IMG/VR virus record: IMGVR_UViG_3300025168_000213
Span: 1-39,809 of that record
Strand: one strand, 5' to 3'
DNA length: 39,809 nt
From: a virus
Lineage: Duplodnaviria; Caudoviricetes
The notes under the pieces are model-generated. The model worked only from the letters and a program-made list of their open reading frames with translations. It ran no database searches and was not told the DNA's origin. The position numbers and the translations under genes are program-made. Each line of letters begins with the position of its first letter. The stretch's first letter is position 1. Below, piece by piece: positions 36,701 to 39,809 of the stretch.

Positions 36701-37936
36701 AGGTTAAAGAGGGTTGAAGAGAAAGGTATCGGTGTTATTGCTGCTGGTAAAGGAATCTTTGATTTTGTTGAAAATCTAAATGAAGCAACAGAATCCTCTA
36801 TAAGGTTAACCTTGTTTAAATCAATGTTAGATAATGGATACACTGAAGAGCAGGCCGCTAGTGGAGCAAAAAATGTAACTATAAATTTTAATCGTAAAGG
36901 TGAGATTGGACAATTTTTAAATAGTCTATATTTATTTGCAAATGCTGGTTTACAAGGTTCTCATAGAATTGTTGGAGTAGTAAAGAATAACAAGTCAGCA
37001 CAGAAAGCTGTGGCAGGGTTAGCTGCTATGGGGATTGCTGAATCTTTAGCAAACCATATTGCGAGTGCAGAAGATGATGAATATGACAAACTATCTAATT
37101 ATGAAAAAGATAATAATTTTATAATTAGATATGGTAATGATGGCGAGTATTTTAAAATTCGATTACCCTATGGCTACAATGTATTTAAAGTAGTGGGGAA
37201 CATTGCAGGTGATATGGCATGGGCAGGTATGAATAACAAACCAGTTGACCCAGCTTTACATATGTCAAGATTCCTGGAAGCGGTTAATTCGTCTTTTAAT
37301 CCTATAGGTTCAGGTCCAATTGAGCAAGTCTTAACTCCTACAGTTGCTGACCCAATTATTCAACTAAGTACAAATAAAGCATTTCATGGTGGACCGATAG
37401 TCCCTGAATCTCAATATGGACCTCAAAAAGCTGATATTGAAAAAGCCTGGTCTAAAACACCAGGTGTATACAAAAAGATGTCACAATGGCTTTTCTTAAG
37501 CTTTGATGGAAGAATTAGGTACAATCCTGATGGCAGTATAAAACATGCAGTTCGTGGGCCAGGTATCTTTAGTGGTGATATTAGTCCTGAGACATTTGAG
37601 TATGGGGTTGATTATTTAGGAGGTGGTTTAGGAAAGTTTTTGATGCGATCTGTAAGCACAGCGCAAGATGTTGTTAATTATGAATCTAATTTAAGTAAAT
37701 CTCCATTTATTAGACAGCTTTACGGGAATTTTGATAGCAAATCTGAATCTTCTACATTGTACAGATATGAAAAAGATATGTCTAGGAAAATATATGATAA
37801 GATAGATTCAAATAAATATATGAATTACCTAGATGCTTATTACAGAAAAGGCAATTTAACATCTAAAGAATATAGGCAGCGCTTAAAAAGATTTAGAAAA
37901 TCACAAAGAAAAGCAAGACGAACTTACGGAAAATAG
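30797..37936 (+). CDS. Giant ejection/polyvalent protein (2379 aa): TM region, ART-like, HhH-glycosylase-like and LPD38-like domains
   Basis: VMYHGT...YMSSS...VYPVYARIENP...GYDGI...AFEPNQIKS; NWYEE...GAKLYDF...DDRH...QAIGW; C-terminal NPEFMVTNFMRD, TINFNRKG, LYLFANAGLQG and FKIRLPYG. Confidence 0.8.
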   Translation: MDKAQRKRLLGYLKELNQPEEEKELGLVDEILKKGDDPEFAVEPEDKFGNPKQLKTIVSLRKQGFDNSRIFKAMEIEAAEQESVKTQQPLPAQESPKAELLAEEDSIWDNLTKPLHAMFMGGTGKMTGGNLLRTLGTSTPKDKKIVHSNKAGYGIVQQEKVTREQALERTFDNPLFKQGSMMVASGLEDFANRPDLRQNNDIFDYSWYEPKFISKAIGGAVPSILQVMAPAIATTVITKNPVAGMAVAMSAGFGIETAGMMETALENGISPIDARNVAMTVGTINAMFTSIPAYSLFKKVGIGTKPINDLIIKGLISKGAFAKGVSKKAFVQGTTEVIEELLQESTNIIAEETQLGIESTVEEKIKRLQAAGIGGYAVGTTLGIGSAVTQQANETNVALVEDAVKEKQSIQTLAKEINDDAANDYKIEYDASNNGVQEISEDEIVASGYDIELNKLEVIREDENGNKFYAVKVKGETDSKGGIKLTSAADRSTVLEETVEFRIKQLQNEKGAEENQLLNKIKTWAKSVRKKASEMGYNVRFADTDEGNLELFSDAIVYGKGGFTGLSEDLSQAIYIPDDISNEFIQNMGKMSDGRDIFDMLKSEDGGLKTNQEFSQAVDEDIKSQMGKESKKTIPPPKSKPTAKSKLQKKTKQMVPGENTKTPAFQNWLGKSVLKDELFEPIVMYHGTNENFDEFMPMTYMSSSPEVGNFYARDHRGERQNPGTNDDGQVYPVYARIENPFDFHSDRIDLGEQFDFNEFIFEVNSKLKQDGKESLTEEQTQQIFDNFLGNNQLEEYTQGPSKFTPIETDEEILKSRTFNAFKFIDLNLSLADALESRGYDGIKANEFILEEENPKVYIAFEPNQIKSAFNQGTFDPNDGNISYQLEPAVIKKAVSLYPNIDKDTGKAGSKAERINRFLGRLTTRVTKENPIPKPIPLNKQAGSPKNKSARRVELKNGSIIYIGAEKTSDQWIEQVNSVLTQKEQETAANWYEEAYPTFVEHFGEEKAVPHMVAWLMGNVNASPQQALSNMFLGAEQLSSDLASFKSAGLPLAAKNVELLLSGFGTEVNAGAKLYDFLDSALGKTTRTVMKDDEKAGSAVADDRHTNRDIGFVDATLYDAMMRLGVDVNQVKGIRIDQKRTYKKVYDKKGRPVRNKDGTHKKKGSVPGPTETQYEWGVQKFNQLSRDINSSGYMGGKLKTWQHQAIGWTAIARAIETSDGMSIPDSFRSQKPTISFELAFGTGTPFRQKYGEAFDALPLNEKQKLTKEVTEELAKGIAKDIGLKVTSISGDAVGGWGDATNPSTSIGVMGSDQAIQGMIDSFGYCCEQDGIGRLKTVHGSDGLGFLYMSDAFADNAIVKRVWDILRKNTDDIYSPGFSFTMLNDPELGIENMATLMVGTKQTRSQTGKAMDQINNALEIIREELEIEVDCKGSNVQYKEFKNDWTDKKTSEGQGYSTSIRESFGINLQQRLDNHHKPRVEKRIQDALKRQANKERRTYQLVPDPDYAAEVDAAEKVNEGQTLDPSDTTISDHLLTSIFDKLHPVVKWQKDVVDQFLGDARIRDQHNVALAAELYVGKVSEKLVDFDKDILNINESSSFVRRLTDSDITIEDFNLYLHALHAAERNAHISDINEDMSDGGSGMTSNQARELKKSLNKKYGLKKIKAFAKEFHEKVTQPILELRYENGLIDEDSYNNLKSKYKNYVPLFRVMNDTEAVLDVGAKMSKAYQGPESFDVKGQEFFKAKGSKREVKNILVSAVEQYQSSIIRAEKNLVNQRLLNLTEAYPSEAYEVKGVQYKPQYNKDGEIQFMDERRVIKDSDGNQIPDNQVIHVKVDGKTKQIIFKGEYGARIAKSMRDMGTSKSIPYLNNFNNYLRYVNTIYNPEFMVTNFMRDIQTAGINISAEQGNTVLAQALSPKNLKDAWKGVYQVVQKKDTEGEWAEYYERLRKAGGKTGFFDVESIEDKLEKLEKRLKRVEEKGIGVIAAGKGIFDFVENLNEATESSIRLTLFKSMLDNGYTEEQAASGAKNVTINFNRKGEIGQFLNSLYLFANAGLQGSHRIVGVVKNNKSAQKAVAGLAAMGIAESLANHIASAEDDEYDKLSNYEKDNNFIIRYGNDGEYFKIRLPYGYNVFKVVGNIAGDMAWAGMNNKPVDPALHMSRFLEAVNSSFNPIGSGPIEQVLTPTVADPIIQLSTNKAFHGGPIVPESQYGPQKADIEKAWSKTPGVYKKMSQWLFLSFDGRIRYNPDGSIKHAVRGPGIFSGDISPETFEYGVDYLGGGLGKFLMRSVSTAQDVVNYESNLSKSPFIRQLYGNFDSKSESSTLYRYEKDMSRKIYDKIDSNKYMNYLDAYYRKGNLTSKEYRQRLKRFRKSQRKARRTYGK
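32181..32351 (+). CDS. Candidate overprinted +1-frame ORF (56 aa)
   Basis: TAAGGGA SD; main-frame codons shift to NTC across the interval. Confidence 0.45.
   Translation: MKMETNSTQSKLKARQILKAVSNSPAQRIEAQFSKKQSNSELNSSKMKKEPKKTNS
35118..35294 (+). CDS. Candidate overprinted +1-frame ORF (58 aa)
   Basis: TAAGGA SD; main-frame codons shift to NTC across the interval. Confidence 0.45.
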   Translation: MTGRTKKQAKDKATRLQFVSPSASIYNSDSTIIINPGSKKESKMPSSDKQIKKEEPTS

Positions 37937-37976
37937 GTTTGGTGCTATTGCAGATAGGTAAAAATTAGGAGTAATT

Positions 37977-38369
37977 ATGGCATCATTATTAAATCAAACA
38001 CCATCTCAGTCTTACAAAGATTTATTAACTGTAGCCAGTGATACACCAAATCAGGGTTTGGAAACTACAGTAAAACAGGTAAGAGACGGAGAAGGTATAG
38101 GCTCTCCACTGTATTTAAATACTGCCTGGGTCCAGGTGGGTACAGACTCTGCTAATTCTACTTTGGTAATCAAGGGTAATCTATCTGTAAGCGGTGAAGT
38201 AAAATTTGCTGGTACAGGTGATGCTTCAATAAAAAAAGGTAATGAAGCTTTAATAACTGCAAAATCAACAGGAATAGTCCAATTCAAAAACATAACTAGT
38301 GCTAATGAGCCAGTCCCATCAACGGGAGACTTAGCTGTAATTGAAGGGTCGTTCTATTTAGGAGTATAA
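37977..38369 (+). CDS. Tail-associated protein
   Basis: AGGAG SD; SYKDLL motif; beta-rich; precedes the fibres. Confidence 0.65.
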   Translation: MASLLNQTPSQSYKDLLTVASDTPNQGLETTVKQVRDGEGIGSPLYLNTAWVQVGTDSANSTLVIKGNLSVSGEVKFAGTGDASIKKGNEALITAKSTGIVQFKNITSANEPVPSTGDLAVIEGSFYLGV

Positions 38370-38373
38370 GAAA

Positions 38374-39225
38374 ATGGCAACATGGAAAAAAGTAGTAGTC
38401 GAATCAAGTGCGGGTAACATTGCACAAAAAGCAGCAACAGCAGGAACCGCAGACAATATAACAAGTCAAGGAGCGCTAGCTACATTAAGTGCAGTTGGGG
38501 CAGCTCAAATAACAGACAATACAGTAGGAGCAGCCGAATTAAATGTTTCAGGAAATGGTTCTAATGGACAAATTCTTAAAAGTGATGGTGATGGAAGTTT
38601 TTCTTGGGTAGCTGATTCTCAAGTAAGTGTAGATGCAGGTATAAGTAGTAGTAGCTCTAATCCAGTAGAAAACCATGTTGTTTATGACCAATTAGCATTA
38701 AAAGAAAACGTAATTAGCGCTTCTAATAGAGTTGGGGTAACAGATATAGGGACTGGAGTTGTTGACCAAAATGAATTTAATTTCTTAAATGGAGTTACAT
38801 CAGCAATACAAACACAATTTGGTACTAAAGTATCAACAAGCGGAAATGAAACTATTGCAGGCAATAAAACATTTTCAGGAGATACTACTGTAGCCAACTT
38901 AACAGTAACAGGGACTACGACCACTGTAAATACTGAAGAAATAAATCTTGCAGACAATATTATAAAGCTTAATTCAAATGCTACTGGTACTCCAAGTGAA
39001 TCTCAAGATGTTGGTATTGAAGTAGATAGAGGTAGCGCTAGTGATGCAAGGCTTGTTTGGGATGAAAGCGAAGACAGATGGAAGGTATACATAATGAATG
39101 TACCAACTCAAGCATTTCTTCAAACAGTAGCTGTGTCAAGTAGTGCAACTGCACCAACAGCAAATTTAGATGGTGTAGGGATGATGTATATGGCTGATGG
39201 TGTTCCTTACATTAGGACTGTTTAG
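38374..39225 (+). CDS. Short tail fibre / adaptor fibre (283 aa)
   Basis: LNGVTSAIQTQ, ETIAGNKTF, NLTVTGTTTTVNT and GIEVDRG...WDESEDRW fibre motifs. Confidence 0.8.
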   Translation: MATWKKVVVESSAGNIAQKAATAGTADNITSQGALATLSAVGAAQITDNTVGAAELNVSGNGSNGQILKSDGDGSFSWVADSQVSVDAGISSSSSNPVENHVVYDQLALKENVISASNRVGVTDIGTGVVDQNEFNFLNGVTSAIQTQFGTKVSTSGNETIAGNKTFSGDTTVANLTVTGTTTTVNTEEINLADNIIKLNSNATGTPSESQDVGIEVDRGSASDARLVWDESEDRWKVYIMNVPTQAFLQTVAVSSSATAPTANLDGVGMMYMADGVPYIRTV

Positions 39226-39398
39226 TGTCAGAGATTATAAAGCAGCCAAAAAAAGATGTAGAAAAACTTAACGTAAAAGACACTGATTTTATTTTAAAGC
39301 TGTTTATGAAAAGTACTTTTAATGGTGCAGAGATTGAGCAAGCTTTTGAGGTTTTAAAGAAAATATCAGATATACACAGGGTAAATATTGAAGCTTGA
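39225..39398 (+). CDS. Small tail-region hypothetical protein, allele B (57 aa)
   Basis: GTG start; MSEIIKQPKKDVEKLNVKDTDFILKLFMKSTFNGAEIEQ...; homologue of 38-220. Confidence 0.75.
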   Translation: MSEIIKQPKKDVEKLNVKDTDFILKLFMKSTFNGAEIEQAFEVLKKISDIHRVNIEA

Positions 39399-39537
39399 AC
39401 TAAGTGCTGATGATTTATTTATCATCAAACAATCTATAGAAGAAATTACCGTTAAAGGCAAAGATGCTATGAGAATTGGTAAGCTATTAGTTAAAGTAGA
39501 AAATGCTTTTGTGAAAGAAGCGGAGAAATCTAAATAA
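39388..39537 (+). CDS. Second copy of the 49-aa ORF
   Basis: Same protein as 210-359. Confidence 0.75.
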   Translation: MKLELSADDLFIIKQSIEEITVKGKDAMRIGKLLVKVENAFVKEAEKSK

Positions 39538-39809
39538 TGGCTACTTGGAAAAAACTTGTAATAGCAACAGGTAGCTCATCTCAATACATCAAAGGTGATG
39601 GTACACTAGGTACTTATTCTACTACAGATAGTTCTAAACTACCATTAACTGGTGGTACTATTTCAGGTTCTCTGAATATTTTTGCTAGTGGTGGAGATGC
39701 TAATTTAAGATTAAGAAGTGGAGCAACTCGTTCAGGTCTCTTTATTGATAAACCTGCTACAACAACGACAATGGGTTCAGCATTAGTCTTAGCCGATTCT
39801 ACATTTAGA
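39537..39809 (+). CDS. 5' part of the long tail fibre (truncated by the window end)
   Basis: Matches 359-631 apart from a few SNPs. Confidence 0.9.
   Translation, partial: MATWKKLVIATGSSSQYIKGDGTLGTYSTTDSSKLPLTGGTISGSLNIFASGGDANLRLRSGATRSGLFIDKPATTTTMGSALVLADSTFR

Noticed and set aside
1-39809. Alternative genetic code or stop-codon recoding
   Set aside because: Long genes are intact under the standard bacterial code, and TAA, TAG and TGA all end genes at sensible boundaries.

Overview
The window is an apparently complete, circularly permuted ~39.2-kb temperate tailed-phage genome. It is AT-rich with a short-tailed (podovirus/P22-like) virion module, and many of its small ORFs resemble marine-phage families; an FCB-group host is only inferred. 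The two ends overlap imperfectly (1-631 vs 39188-39809). Gene order: mosaic tail fibre; lysis cassette; attP (3' part of tRNA-Ser-GCT between symmetric 24-bp arm repeats); divergent repressor/Xis switch; recombination and replication genes with an intragenic iteron origin; a leftward early operon that includes a remote tyrosine integrase; terS, terL, portal, basic proteins, scaffold, capsid, adaptor/nozzle and ejection proteins (including a 2379-aa polyvalent protein); and a second fibre. The most unusual part is lysogeny control. (1) The CI-position repressor has an HTH plus a PAS/PAC-like C-terminus and no S24 autoprotease, suggesting ligand-sensing, SOS-independent induction. (2) A hammerhead ribozyme overlaps the ribosome-binding site and start of the gene coupled to int. 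(3) The integrase lacks catalytic Arg-I, as IntDOT does. (4) A third, inverted copy of the attP arm repeat lies at the terS stop codon, with a degenerate core-like site at the same spacing as in attP. Two SD-led overprinted ORFs are also visible inside the giant ejection gene. All family calls come from motif recognition by eye; no database searches were run.
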